Source: Terriglobia bacterium (GTDB taxonomy: Bacteria; Acidobacteriota; Terriglobia; UBA7540). Taken from it: a stretch of DNA of 64,000 nucleotides. Numbering within the stretch: the first letter of the stretch is position 1; the number at the start of each line of letters is the position of its first letter. The position numbers and the translations under genes are program-made. The notes beneath the pieces were generated by a model. The model did no database searches, was not told the origin of the DNA, and saw nothing but the letters and a program-made list of their open reading frames with translations. Where the stretch lies: positions 2,195 to 66,194 of the forward strand of contig JBEKVC010000001.1 in assembly GCA_049514395.1 (NCBI GenBank), given 5' to 3'. Below are positions 9,901 to 18,286 of this stretch, one piece after another.

Positions 9901-10759
9901 GGATGAGAGGTGCGCCGCGAAGCGGGGAAAAGAAAATCACGTCGTTCCCTTCGCGTCGCAAGAGCAGCGTTTCAGCGCTACGCGTGGGCACACCCTCCGC
10001 CATCAAGAGTGGAAACAGACTTCTTCTGGGGTCGATTTGCAAGACAAACACGCCCAGGTACGATGGCGAAGGCTTCGCCTCCACCTTGGAGCGCATACCT
10101 GCAAAGACCGGGGAAATGAAATATACAAAACTGTTCGCCGGAGTCTCGCCCACTAGGCCAACCCAAGAGGCGTCGCCCTGCAAGACTTTGCCCGCTCTTT
10201 CAATCACTGCGGGCGACACGCTCTCCGAGCTCCCGGACTGGGCTACCACAAGTCCCTCCGGGCTGATAAGGTAGATGCCCGCGTAGCCGTGTGTGAAAGC
10301 GAACTGGCTCATGAGCATTGAAACGTCTTCCAGTACGCTACTCTGAAAAACGCCACTCGAACCCGACTTCTCAACCGGATGGAGTAGTTGCTGAACGGAA
10401 AGATATGAGGAAAGCAGCCTTGTATCGGCTCGGCGTTCCCCCAGCCAGTTTGAAATCTGACGCGCCCGGTCGTCCACGATGGTCGACTGTTGGTCCTGCC
10501 AATAGGCAATGGCAGCCTTTTCTTTCTCCAAAATATGAAGCGCGGTGAGAGTTCCGACGAGCACCACTCCGGCAAAGAAGGCTAGGATGTACGGCCAGAG
10601 ACGGCCGCGTGCCTCGTCCCGAGGTTGGACGAGGCGGGGTGGGAACTCTTCTGTCGTGTTATTCACTGCCGCAATTCGTTTACGGTCGGAATTCATGCGA
10701 CGGAATGATATCACCTTGCTGGAGAATTTCCAGGCGTTTTTCCGCGAGTCTGTGACCAT
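6935..10759 (-). CDS. Hybrid sensor histidine kinase / response regulator with a periplasmic sensor domain and several PAS domains (up to 1274 aa)
   Basis: N-terminal TM helix, extracytoplasmic segment and second TM, then repeated PAS-like blocks. H-box [12 protein letters not shown], ATPase G-boxes DTGIGMD and [11 protein letters not shown], and a C-terminal receiver ([11 protein letters not shown]...[14 protein letters not shown]). An alternative start at M22 (10696) is possible. Confidence 0.9.
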   Translation of the reverse strand: MVTDSRKNAWKFSSKVISFRRMNSDRKRIAAVNNTTEEFPPRLVQPRDEARGRLWPYILAFFAGVVLVGTLTALHILEKEKAAIAYWQDQQSTIVDDRARQISNWLGERRADTRLLSSYLSVQQLLHPVEKSGSSGVFQSSVLEDVSMLMSQFAFTHGYAGIYLISPEGLVVAQSGSSESVSPAVIERAGKVLQGDASWVGLVGETPANSFVYFISPVFAGMRSKVEAKPSPSYLGVFVLQIDPRRSLFPLLMAEGVPTRSAETLLLRREGNDVIFFSPLRGAPLIQAFLRRSLSSLTAKAGWEDRPLSGEMLDYRGVPVVSAERRIPLTDWTLVRKIDRQEALQDFYQRARLEAMVGALIVLVFAYVLVGYRRKMLARALEERVEHQQAILAIQAFAQQMVDNVPVGLLILSSDLNVLSANRTFLEAFHLRPEEAIGRSLPEVIQAEGPPRRITGATGPSSGPHDVLVDLAAPGGIGTRPARLTLTQISNGQGKGRLLLTVEDLTESERLRTAAEASGRRLRELVQSIDAIVWEAEAKTHQFTFVSQRAEQILGYPVGQWLSQADFWEQHLHPLDREQAVGACRQAIAEGRDHSLEYRVLAADGRQVWLHDTIHVVLDAEGRPIQLRGVAIDSTKGKLAEEALRASEEKYRLLFAGNLAGVFYADLDGAVLDCNDALVRILGYDSRQELLGRNLSDFFSDPADREQLSRALRQGKALANFEESVRRKDGSVVWLLMNACLMEGPRGQPAIVQATLIDITERKAAEAERMLLMTAIEQSAEGIVITDATGTIRYVNPAFSRVSGYSREEALGKNPRLLKSGKQDEAYYRKLWTTILGGEIWQDEIVNRRSDGGLYIEEMTITPVRNQRGEITHFIAIKAEVTERKRLEQQLRQAQKMEAVGRLAGGVAHDFNNLLTIISGYGGLLLEHPGTIEPLRGYVNEIRNASGRAASLTRQLLAFSRQQVLAPRVLGLNAVVANIEKMLKRLIGEDVDLVTNLGESLWPVKADPGQLEQVLLNLAVNARDAMPNGGVLTITTANVEMDSASAQTHFPLSPGPYVLLAFNDTGIGMDAETQARIFDPFFTTKDKGKGTGLGLAMVYGIVKQSGGYIWVYSEVGKGTTFKIYLPRTAEEVDESGPGRSLVEAQQGTETLLLVEDEDAVRALVRNVLKERGYRVMEASRGQDALDLAEQYWGQIDLLVTDVVMPQMSGRELARRLANLRPQIKVLYISGYADNAVWYEGGLDSAVAFLQKPFSPEALAHKVREVLGGPPHGRS

Positions 10760-10827
10760 TCATGTGGCGGGCAGAAACTTCGTCATGGCGTCACCTTGCC
10801 CAAAAGCCGAATCAAACGAAGAAGTGG

Positions 10828-10981
10828 AGGAGTCAGAAGTCAGGAGAAGAGTAAGGAGCAGAATTATAAATAGTCAATGGTGAATTGGGGATGCAGAACT
10901 TGCCTTGCGCGCCGTGCCCAGGGCCTCTGACCGCTGCACTCCTTTAATTCACAATTCAGAATTGCCCTGGTCCCCAGCCCC
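10828..10981. repeat. Copy A of a roughly 150-bp repeat, with an inverted partner at 28985-29205
   Basis: GAATTATAAATAGTCAATGGTGAATTGGGGATGCAGAACTTGCCTTGCGCGCCGTGCCCAGGGCCTCTGACCGCTGCACTCCTTTAATTCACAATTCAGAATTGCCCTGGTCCCCAGCCCC matches the reverse complement of 29030-29160 at about 85-90% by eye. Both copies are bordered by GAGTCAGAAGTCAGGAG-type words. Confidence 0.7.
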
Positions 10982-11180
10982 GATTTCTCAACGGCTGATA
11001 GCTGACCCGCCGCGGCGGGAAGGCTGACCCTAACCCCGAGTTGACGGAATGATAATCCCCGGAGTATCTTGCAGCTTTGGGTTTTGCTGCTTGAACAGGA
11101 CGGGAGAATAGTAAGGGCGGGTCATTCTACGGGAAGAAGTCAGGAGTCAGAAGTCAGGCGACTGGAGGAGTTTGAATCCC

Positions 11181-12101
11181 ATGGATTTGCACCATGTAAT
11201 TGAAGCCCAGCAATTCGATGTACCTACGCTTTTGCGTCTCATTGAGACCACTCGAGAAATGGAGCAGGTGGTGGCAGGCGGTGGGACTTCCCAGTTCCAC
11301 GGGCGAATCATGGCCACCCTCTTCTATGAGCCGTCAACCCGGACCCGCTTCTCCTTTGAGACGGCGATGTACCGACTCGGTGGGAGCGTGATTTCCACGG
11401 AAAACGCCGCCGAGTTCTCCTCGGTCGCCAAGGGCGAGACACTCGAGGACACGGTACGAATCTTGAACGGCTACGCGGATGTCCTCGTGCTCCGCCATTA
11501 CGAGGTTGGGTCGGCCAAACGGGCGGCGTCGGTATCGCGCATCCCGGTGATTAACGCTGGAGATGGGGCCGGCCAACATCCCACCCAGGCCCTGCTTGAC
11601 CTCTACACCATTCATAAAGAGATAGGCTCGATTGATGGCTTGCGCATCGCCATGGTAGGAGACCTGGCACAAGGCCGCACCGTTCGCTCGCTTACCTATC
11701 TATTGAGTAAGTTCCAGAACATCAGAATCTATTTCGTCGCTCCTCCTTTGTTGAAAATGAAAGAGGATATCCTTGACCACCTGCGCGAAAAGCAGGTCTG
11801 GTACATGGAAGAAACTGACCTCGATAAAGTCTTGCCCGAGGTGGATGTGGTTTACCAAACGCGGATTCAGAAGGAGCGCTATGGAGACCGAATTGCCGAC
11901 TACGAGCAGTGCCGCGGCGTCTACGTGATCAGTTCAGAATCCCTGCGCTTGATGAAGGCCACAGCCATAGTCATGCATCCGCTTCCCCGCCTCGATGAGA
12001 TCGCGATGGAAGTCGACCGTGATCCGCGGGCCGCCTATTTCCGCCAGGCACAGAATGGCCTCTACGTCAGGATGGCACTACTGAGCATGGTGTTGAAATA
12101 A
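11181..12101 (+). CDS. pyrB: Aspartate carbamoyltransferase catalytic subunit
   Basis: STRTR, HPTQ and HPLPR motifs. SD GGAGGAG lies 10 nt upstream of ATG 11181. The ORF track starts at TTG 11172. Confidence 0.9.
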   Translation: MDLHHVIEAQQFDVPTLLRLIETTREMEQVVAGGGTSQFHGRIMATLFYEPSTRTRFSFETAMYRLGGSVISTENAAEFSSVAKGETLEDTVRILNGYADVLVLRHYEVGSAKRAASVSRIPVINAGDGAGQHPTQALLDLYTIHKEIGSIDGLRIAMVGDLAQGRTVRSLTYLLSKFQNIRIYFVAPPLLKMKEDILDHLREKQVWYMEETDLDKVLPEVDVVYQTRIQKERYGDRIADYEQCRGVYVISSESLRLMKATAIVMHPLPRLDEIAMEVDRDPRAAYFRQAQNGLYVRMALLSMVLK

Positions 12102-12203
12102 CTGGCCGAACCACCCTGCGGCGCCGGATGGAATTTCGCGGCCCCTACGCGCTTTCACGAAATAACTGTTACAGAGTCTGCTGCGTGACCCCCTCACCCC
12201 CAG

Positions 12204-12334
12204 CCCCTCTCCCCCAAGGAGTCTGTGTGAAAACTCGATTTTTCCCCTTTTTCCACAATGTAAGTGACTGATTCTCCGTTGCCGAAAACGCGAAATCTGA
12301 GGTTGTCACACGGACTCCCAAGGGGGAGAGGGGA
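12204..12334. repeat. Long imperfect palindrome (PLSPxGRG-type repeat)
   Basis: CCCCTCTCCCCCAAGGAGTCTGTGTGA (12204-12230) pairs with TCACACGGACTCCCAAGGGGGAGAGGGG (12306-12333). Arms of about 27 nt are separated by about 75 nt. Confidence 0.6.
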
Positions 12335-12632
12335 GGAGAAAATGAAGAATCCGCACCCTCACCCGGTCCCGTCCCTCCGTCTTCCCGTCCCGCCTTGCCG
12401 GAGGACCACCCCCTGTCACCCGCCACTAAGATTGGCGGATCGTAGGCCGCGGGGACAGGAGTAAGGGGGTGCAAGCGAATCGTTCTAAGCGATTAACTGT
12501 GACAAAACACGAGACTTCCGTACCGGTACTTCAGTGCCCTTGCCTTGTCAAACAAAGCCGGCGACAATTTACCATCTTGGATATGGCTGTAAGTAAAATA
12601 CGAGAAGGAAATAATGAAAGAGAGTTAAACCT

Positions 12633-13010
12633 ATGTTAATCGGTTCACGCCTACGGCAGCTTCGCGAGCAGAAGCACATGTCTCAAGGGGATATCGAGGA
12701 TCGCATCGGCTTATTGCGGTGCTACATCTCCCGCGTGGAAAACGGTCACACCGTCCCTTCGCTGGAGACCCTGGAGCGCTTTGCGGCGGTCCTCGATGTC
12801 CCGCTTTATCAGCTCTTTTATTGCGGCGAAGAGACTCCACCCACACCGAGCCTCACGCCCCGGAAGACCTTGGAAGAAATTACGGCAGAGAATGGCGCGA
12901 TGGAGGGGGATGGTCAGTTCCTCGTGAAGCTCACGAACGTCTTGACCCGTCTGGCCGAGCCGGATCGGGATGTCGTGCTCAGTTTGGCCAAGAGATTAGC
13001 CACTCGTTAA
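12633..13010 (+). CDS. XRE-family helix-turn-helix transcriptional regulator (125 aa)
   Basis: IGSRLRQLREQKHMSQGDIEDRIGLLRCYISRVENGHTVPSLETLERFAAVLDVPLYQLF is a canonical HTH_3 / Cro-C1 fold signature. Confidence 0.75.
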   Translation: MLIGSRLRQLREQKHMSQGDIEDRIGLLRCYISRVENGHTVPSLETLERFAAVLDVPLYQLFYCGEETPPTPSLTPRKTLEEITAENGAMEGDGQFLVKLTNVLTRLAEPDRDVVLSLAKRLATR

Positions 13011-13112
13011 CCAAGCCCCTCAAGCAGTTCGGGACTCCCCTTCGGCAACGCCGAGGAGTCCCCACGGCGGAGCGCCCAATACTCGCCTGCGTTCCCATCG
13101 CATTCGGAACAT

Positions 13113-13640
13113 CTATTGTGGAACGAGAATCACGTTTTCGTCGGCGGCTTCCTTCGCCGTCGGCTTGCCAGGGACCTTTCCGCCCAGGGCCCGGAGGTAG
13201 TTCACCAAATTCCATAACTGTGGCTCCGTCATTCGCCCCTTCTGGCTTGGCATCGGATCCTTTCCCATTCCGATAATCGCAAAAAGCTCGCCGTCCGTGC
13301 GCTTGGCCAAGGCGTCGGGTTTCGTGAAGTCAGGGAGGGTCAATGTCATCTCTGTCGCCAAGTCGCCTTTCCCCTCTCCCTTTTCTCCGTGGCACAAGGC
13401 GCACTGGGTCTTATAGACCTTCTTGCCGCGATCCACAGATGCTTCGGTAAACTTGATCGGGTTCTTCCTGGCTGCGTCTTCTGGCGATATTATAGTGTTG
13501 TGCACTGGGGACGGAGTGGCTGCCGTTGAACTCGAGGCGCCGGAGCTTTGCGCCTCTCCTTTCTTCTCTTGCGCCGAGAAGCTCCCCCCCGCCATGCAGA
13601 ATACCAATACTGCCCCTAATGCCTTTACTTTTAGCGACAT
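13113..13640 (-). CDS. Secreted c-type cytochrome (175 aa)
   Basis: Signal peptide MSLKVKALGAVLVFCMAGGSFSA and a single haem-binding CALCHG motif. A distal Met region (MGKDPMP) is typical of class I cytochrome c. Confidence 0.8.
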   Translation of the reverse strand: MSLKVKALGAVLVFCMAGGSFSAQEKKGEAQSSGASSSTAATPSPVHNTIISPEDAARKNPIKFTEASVDRGKKVYKTQCALCHGEKGEGKGDLATEMTLTLPDFTKPDALAKRTDGELFAIIGMGKDPMPSQKGRMTEPQLWNLVNYLRALGGKVPGKPTAKEAADENVILVPQ

Positions 13641-13924
13641 CGCACACCCCGCGGTGGCTCAAGTTGCTTGCCCGTGCCAGACAGGGCAAACTTGACCTCG
13701 CCGGTTCATTTGAGCCACCCTGTTTGACTCACAGCAATTTCCTTACCTGCGCCCCAAGTCTATCACCAAATTCAATCCACAACGCATCAATATCTGGAAA
13801 CAATCTGCTAACCCTATGTCCGCACGGAATCATTGGGGATTCACGAGAGACGTGGTATGCGCCTGCCCCTTTCTCATGCCCTAAACGAGCAGCAGGAAGG
13901 AGCAGGCACGCCCCCATGGGGTTC

Positions 13925-15532
13925 TCATGCGACTTCGAATTCCAGCCAGGAAATCGAGTGGCGCGGGAATTGGTACTCGAAGCGGCTGCCCGAGGCCTCG
14001 AGTTTCACCTCTTGAGTGACCACGTCATGAGGGTTCGCAAAGGTGTTCGTCGCCTCGGGGCTGGCGCCCGTGATCTGGAAAGCGCGGCCGCCGGGCTTGG
14101 CGCGCCGTCCTGCCAGTTCGACACTGCCCGTCATGTCGCCCTCCTTACGGCGATTGACAACCGCAAGCATGACTTTCTGCTGCGCTTCATCGTAGGTTGC
14201 CGCGACGTCAAGATAAGGCTGGTCGGAAAAGCCCTTGGTCTCAAAGCGTGGTGACTGCACCATCACATCCAGGGCGACGTTGCCGGAGCGGCTGGCATAC
14301 AGCTCCACCGGGTAATAGGTCGTCATCAGGAGCAGGCCGGTGGGTGAAGTTTGCATCAGCGCGATATCATTGACGAGCTGCGCGAGATTGGCCATGCGCA
14401 CGGTGCGGCAATGGCGCTGGATGGTATTCAAAGCCGACGCCACCCACAAAGCGTCCCGGAGGTTATAAATGATTTCGAATTTATGAACGTCATCACGCTT
14501 TGATCCGTCTGCCCAGTTGTTGATGATGTTCCACTCGTCGAGGGCGGTCCACACCGGCGTGGCCTTTCGTGCCTGGGCGGAGACGCTCTCGGCTACCAGG
14601 GCCGAGTTGCGTATCGTTTGTTCCATTTGTGCCACCGAACCCAGGATCTCGTAATAATCCTTCAGCTCGTCGGTGACCGAGTAATGGTGCGCGGAGATGT
14701 AGTCCACATGATGGACCATGGATTCGAGCACGGGCTGGTCCCAGCTCGGGTCGCCGGTGCCGCAGGCCACCAGCTTGATGCTGGGGTCTTGCCACTTCAT
14801 CACCTTGGCGAATTCCAGCCCCATTTTGGCGTAGTCCGCGACGTTCTTGTGGCCGATTTGCCAATCGCCGTAAATCTCGTTCCCAATGCCCCAGTACTTC
14901 ACAGCGTAGGGCTCAGGATGGCCATTTTTCTTACGCAAGTCTGAAAAGTAGGTCCCACCCTGCCGGTTGCAGTACTCCACCCAGGAGGAAGCTTCGTCGA
15001 TTGTGCCGGTGCCGATGTTGACGCAAATGTACGGCGCCGCTCCCAGCTTCCGACAAGTCGAAATGAATTCGTCGGTCCCGAAGCGGTTCGATTCGCGCTC
15101 GAACCACGCCAAGTCGTAACGCGCGGGCCGGGCATCCTTGGGGCCGATTCCATCCTGCCAGTGATAATCGGAGCCGAAGTTCCCGCCCGGCCATCGCAAT
15201 TGCGTGACGCGGAGCTTGCGCGCCGCCTCGAGAACGTCCGTGCGGTTCCCGTCGGCGTCGGCCAGAGGCGAGCCCTCATCGTACATCCCGCCATAGATGC
15301 ACCGGCCAAGATGCTCAATAAAGTTCCCGTAAATGTTGGGATCGATTGTGCCCAGACGCCGTTCAAGGTCGATCTTCAGGGTGGCAGGCAAAGGCAGCTC
15401 GCTGGGCCCGCCCAGGGAGCGGGCATAAACCTTCCGCCTCAGAAGTGGCTGTGCCGCCACGCCCAACCCCGCCGCCCGTAAGAAGTCCCGCCTCGTACAA
15501 GAATCGAAGAATTTCCAAGATGCTTCTAGCAT
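13925..15532 (-). CDS. abfA: GH51 alpha-L-arabinofuranosidase with a Tat-type signal
   Basis: Twin-arginine signal TRRDFLRAAGLGVAA. WGIGNEIYGDWQIG carries the GH51 acid/base GNE motif, and a C-terminal beta-sandwich follows. Start chosen at ATG 15532 (SD GGGAGG). The ORF is open to 15598. Confidence 0.85.
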   Translation of the reverse strand: MLEASWKFFDSCTRRDFLRAAGLGVAAQPLLRRKVYARSLGGPSELPLPATLKIDLERRLGTIDPNIYGNFIEHLGRCIYGGMYDEGSPLADADGNRTDVLEAARKLRVTQLRWPGGNFGSDYHWQDGIGPKDARPARYDLAWFERESNRFGTDEFISTCRKLGAAPYICVNIGTGTIDEASSWVEYCNRQGGTYFSDLRKKNGHPEPYAVKYWGIGNEIYGDWQIGHKNVADYAKMGLEFAKVMKWQDPSIKLVACGTGDPSWDQPVLESMVHHVDYISAHHYSVTDELKDYYEILGSVAQMEQTIRNSALVAESVSAQARKATPVWTALDEWNIINNWADGSKRDDVHKFEIIYNLRDALWVASALNTIQRHCRTVRMANLAQLVNDIALMQTSPTGLLLMTTYYPVELYASRSGNVALDVMVQSPRFETKGFSDQPYLDVAATYDEAQQKVMLAVVNRRKEGDMTGSVELAGRRAKPGGRAFQITGASPEATNTFANPHDVVTQEVKLEASGSRFEYQFPRHSISWLEFEVA

Positions 15533-15685
15533 AGAGCCTCCCATGACATGACTGTTTATTGCAGTGCAAAGAATACCGTGGAAGCCGCCGAATGTCACCC
15601 CTCCTTTGGAAAATAGAAATTGGAAAATGGGAACTGGAAATTGGAAAACAAGGTTGCCAGTTTCCAGTTTCCAGTTTCTAATTTC

Positions 15686-15779
15686 GGTAGTGGGCCAGTT
15701 TAATGTAGAGGCGGCTTTACGCCGTCCGCCGCGGCGGACGAGGTAAACTCGCCGCTACGCCTCAAATTGACCCACTACC
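15686..15779. mobile_element. 94-bp palindromic mini-element with GGTAGTG...CACTACC termini, flanked by CTAATTTC
   Basis: GGTAGTGGGCCAGTTTAATGTAGAGGCGG...CCGCTACGCCTCAAATTGACCCACTACC with the central perfect palindrome CGTCCGCCGCGGCGGACG. CTAATTTC lies on both sides (15678-15685 and 15780-15787). Confidence 0.45.
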
Positions 15780-15787
15780 CTAATTTC

Positions 15788-16212
15788 GGTAGTGTCCTAA
15801 ATGCGTGTTGCCAGCTTCTATTTTCCAGTTTCCAGTCTCCGAATCGTACTTATTTGCACCTATTTTTCGCTTTGATTGGGGTTCTTGGCACTGAAAAACC
15901 AGTTCGTTTTTGGCTCCTAAAAACGCTAACTCCTTTGCTTTAAATACATTCTTAGGTTCGTTCCCACGATTTAGTATCTTTTTTCGGTTTCCTGCGCATT
16001 TTCTCTGGCGCCCTGCCCCTGTCTGAACCCCTTCCCCTACTCCCCGGCCTGTTTCCCCACTGGACCACTCACATAGGCTACCATAATTCAGGCCGGGTGT
16101 CAAGAGCAAAGTGCGGGCGTCAGGTGTCGGGCGCCAGGGTTACCTGGCAAGGGGTGGGCGCTGGGGGCCAAGGGATGGTTTTGACCCACCAACACACATC
16201 TAGGACACCACC
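15788..16212. mobile_element. 425-bp MITE-like non-autonomous element related to the adjacent IS1-family element
   Basis: Terminal inverted repeats GGTAGTGTCCTAAATGCGTGTTG (15788-15810) and rc GGTGGTGTCCTAGATGTGTGTTG (16190-16212) match 20/23. They resemble the IS termini at 17/23. No credible ORF. CTAATTTC on both sides. Confidence 0.6.
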
Positions 16213-16267
16213 CTAATTTCGGTAGTGCCTGAATTTTGTGTTGGTGCTGAATAGCTTGAACGAATTC

Positions 16268-16846
16268 TTAGCTATCAAGGATAGTTTCGAATTCTTCTAA
16301 GAAGTGAATGTGTTCATCCGTTTTAAGTGGAGCGGCAGAGAAATATTTATTTTCGGAGAATTGAGCGCCTTCCAAGCGCTCGATTCTCAAGGGCAGCGAG
16401 TAAGAGACTCCTTCTGTAACGTCAAATTGGAAGTTTATTGCAGTCGTTTGAAAATCTAAGTGTTGCTTAGCGTGTCCCGAAACTATTTCTGTTAAGCGAG
16501 CGGCAAGCAAGTGCAGATTTGGATTAAGCGCATCCAAACTTCGTTGACTTCGGAAGTTAACCTGGCTTAGATAAAATCTCCTAGTGATTCCATCAGCAGG
16601 CGGTTGGATTCCAGATAGGGTGCAAAACCAATCCGTAATATCTTTCAGAACTCTTTCTGAGTCATCGGTAGATGATCTCGTATCCACGACTAGTCCTCTT
16701 GGATAAACCGTGTAGCTTTCTATGACGATGTTGCCCATTTTCCCAAGAGTGAATACGGCTCCCGTTGAGGGTTGCCGATACTCGTCTATAGTTGTGGGAA
16801 ATTTCTGGAAACCGTACCGTTCAACCATGCCTTTAACGAAATCCAT
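16268..16846 (-). CDS. Hypothetical protein (about 192 aa), third gene of the toxin-antitoxin-like operon
   Basis: The ORF is open to 16930, but ATG 16846 avoids overlap with the upstream gene (stop at 16857). Protein-like composition, no motif I can name. Confidence 0.6.
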   Translation of the reverse strand: MDFVKGMVERYGFQKFPTTIDEYRQPSTGAVFTLGKMGNIVIESYTVYPRGLVVDTRSSTDDSERVLKDITDWFCTLSGIQPPADGITRRFYLSQVNFRSQRSLDALNPNLHLLAARLTEIVSGHAKQHLDFQTTAINFQFDVTEGVSYSLPLRIERLEGAQFSENKYFSAAPLKTDEHIHFLEEFETILDS

Positions 16847-16856
16847 GGTATGGGTC

Positions 16857-17492
16857 TTACCTCGTGGGTCCCACTCGGGGAGATTCGTCAAAGCGGTTAC
16901 TCTGGCGAGCACGACGGCTAAAATCTCCATGGTAAGGAAAACCTCCAGGATTTAAGTTTGTGACCAAAGCGATAAAGGTGAATCGTGCCTCTTCTCCTTG
17001 TCTGGTACTGGCCCGTTCTATCACAGGATTTGGGGCGTCTTCAGTTCTGTCCTGTATTGCGTCCTCCCCCGATATTTTCTTGGCCAAAGCTGTATCAAGC
17101 TGTTCGTCTTCCGTAGATTTGTGGACAGAGGGTTCGTCAAGAGCTCCACGCTCAAGTTCACTTTGAAAACTAGGAACATCAAGCGTACTCAGACCTAGTC
17201 CAGGATCAACCCTTGGCGTGCCGCTGACCCAATCGACGAGTTGACTGAAAGGCACAAATCGAACAACGAGAGCCACGTCAAACACTGCCGCAACTTTCTT
17301 GAGAGTCGTAAGTGTCTGCTTTCCATAATTGGGATTCTCCAGACGATAAACCGCGTTTTGGTTTGACCCGAGTTTGTCAGCCAATTGCTGTTGACTCCAC
17401 TCTTTCTTATCCCTGAGAGCTTGAGTTTGGAACGCAATACCCTTACTTAAATGTGAATCGACAAACCTGATCCTTGCGTCCTTCCCCTTCAT
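16857..17492 (-). CDS. XRE-family HTH protein (HigA-like antitoxin candidate) with a long acidic C-terminal extension
   Basis: IAFQTQALRDKKEWSQQQLADKLGSNQNAVYRLENPNYGKQTLTTLKKVAAVFDVALVVRF is an HTH_3 signature. ATG 17492 lies 4 nt after the stop of the upstream toxin-like gene. The ORF is open to 17594. Confidence 0.75.
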   Translation of the reverse strand: MKGKDARIRFVDSHLSKGIAFQTQALRDKKEWSQQQLADKLGSNQNAVYRLENPNYGKQTLTTLKKVAAVFDVALVVRFVPFSQLVDWVSGTPRVDPGLGLSTLDVPSFQSELERGALDEPSVHKSTEDEQLDTALAKKISGEDAIQDRTEDAPNPVIERASTRQGEEARFTFIALVTNLNPGGFPYHGDFSRRARQSNRFDESPRVGPTR

Positions 17493-17496
17493 CAAT

Positions 17497-17937
17497 CTAC
17501 GAATCAGACCATTCTTGGAACTCGCAGACAGTCGCTTCTCTTCGCTCGATTTGCCTGAGACGTTCTTTTGCGATCCGTTTGCCATCTTTGTCATTCCTCA
17601 CATTCTTGTCATTAGCGTGTAGAAAAGTATATGAATGCTTGAATTCCTTGGGTCCGCGGAATCCATAAATCCGGTATGTGTATGTCTTGATAACTCCGCT
17701 TTCTTCACGCGAGATTTTGCCCGCCCTCAGTTCTGATATTCCACCTTCCCCTTTAAGAGGGTCAAAAGTGGGTTTTCTCCATTTACTCTTCGTCTTGACC
17801 CGCAAGTATTGAAGGAGATCACATATTTCATCTCGCACGTCATCTGGCAGACCATCAAACCAGCCCTGAACTGGACAGCCCTCTTGTTCCGATTTGAAAC
17901 AAAGGAACTTCCATTGCCATTTCGCCTTTGCACTCAT
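17497..17937 (-). CDS. Gp49 / HigB-like (RelE superfamily) toxin candidate
   Basis: The pattern ...LKGEGGISELRAGK...YRIYGFRGP...YTFLHANDKNVRNDKDGKRIAKERL resembles phage Gp49-like / HigB toxins, which pair with XRE antitoxins. Start uncertain: ATG 17937, or TTG 17964 in the ORF track. Confidence 0.65.
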   Translation of the reverse strand: MSAKAKWQWKFLCFKSEQEGCPVQGWFDGLPDDVRDEICDLLQYLRVKTKSKWRKPTFDPLKGEGGISELRAGKISREESGVIKTYTYRIYGFRGPKEFKHSYTFLHANDKNVRNDKDGKRIAKERLRQIERREATVCEFQEWSDS

Positions 17938-17947
17938 AGGATACCAC

Positions 17948-18002
17948 AAAAATGATGTTGTCAAACTTTTTTTAGTTTCCCTATTGACACAACATCATTT
18001 TT
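17948..18002. promoter_or_regulatory. Inverted repeat spanning divergent -35 boxes (candidate operator)
   Basis: AAAAATGATGTTGTCAA (17948-17964) and TTGACACAACATCATTTTT (17984-18002) are reverse complements apart from a 2-nt CA insertion. Each arm contains a TTGACA facing outward. Confidence 0.5.
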
Positions 18003-18012
18003 GATGTATGAT
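17984..18012 (+). promoter_or_regulatory. Near-consensus sigma70-type promoter driving the transposase leader
   Basis: TTGACA (17984-17989), a 17-nt spacer, then TATGAT (18007-18012). The predicted start is around 18019. Confidence 0.55.
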
Positions 18013-18018
18013 GTCTGT

Positions 18019-18286
18019 ATGATGATTAAAACAAAAGGCCAGCGAAACAATCAGGGTTTGACTGAATCGCTGGCCTTGTATCTTACGGGCCTGTGGGACG
18101 GTTCCCGCCTAAGCATGCTGGGTGCCCATAGCAGAGGGTTCAACTCCCTCCAGGTCCAATTTGAAATTAGCCCCACGAATAGCTGTAACTATCCGTGGGG
18201 CACATCCTCAGGCCGAAGCCGAAAGGACGGGGTTTCTAGGCCCTCCGTCATTTTCGCTCTAGGCCCCGGAGAAAGCAAGGGAGAAA
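18019..18286 (+). ncRNA. Candidate structured leader / ncRNA upstream of the IS1 transposase, including a tRNA-like acceptor/T-arm minihelix
   Basis: 11-bp hairpin at 18035-18077. Minihelix at 18087-18158: GGGCCTG pairs with CAGGTCC, with the T-arm GAGGG-TTCAACT-CCCTC. 8-bp hairpin at 18170-18201, a GGC-CGAA-GCC hairpin at 18211-18220 and a 7-bp hairpin at 18226-18249. SD AAGGGAG lies just before ATG 18287. Confidence 0.3.

Noticed and set aside
12169-12474. 101-aa ORF, and the 66-aa ORF at 12264-12464 on the other strand
   Set aside because: Both are translations of the long palindromic repeat (PLSPLG / GRGEE words) and not independent genes.
15780-16109. 109-aa ORF inside the 425-bp MITE-like element
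   Set aside because: Low-complexity translation (GRGVGEGVQTGAGRQRK) with no SD. It spans repeat termini.
17959-17964. TTG at 17964 as the start codon of the toxin-like gene
   Set aside because: This TTG is the first half of an outward-facing TTGACA in the palindrome arm. ATG 17937 (MSAKAKWQW) is more plausible, but its closeness to the -10-like TATCCT leaves the true start unresolved.
18087-18158. Genuine tRNA gene inside the IS
   Set aside because: The acceptor stem and T-arm are good, but I could not form a canonical D-arm or a 5-bp/7-nt anticodon arm. The best attempt is a 5-bp stem with a bulge and a 9-nt loop. No CCA is present. It is kept only as a tRNA-like structure.
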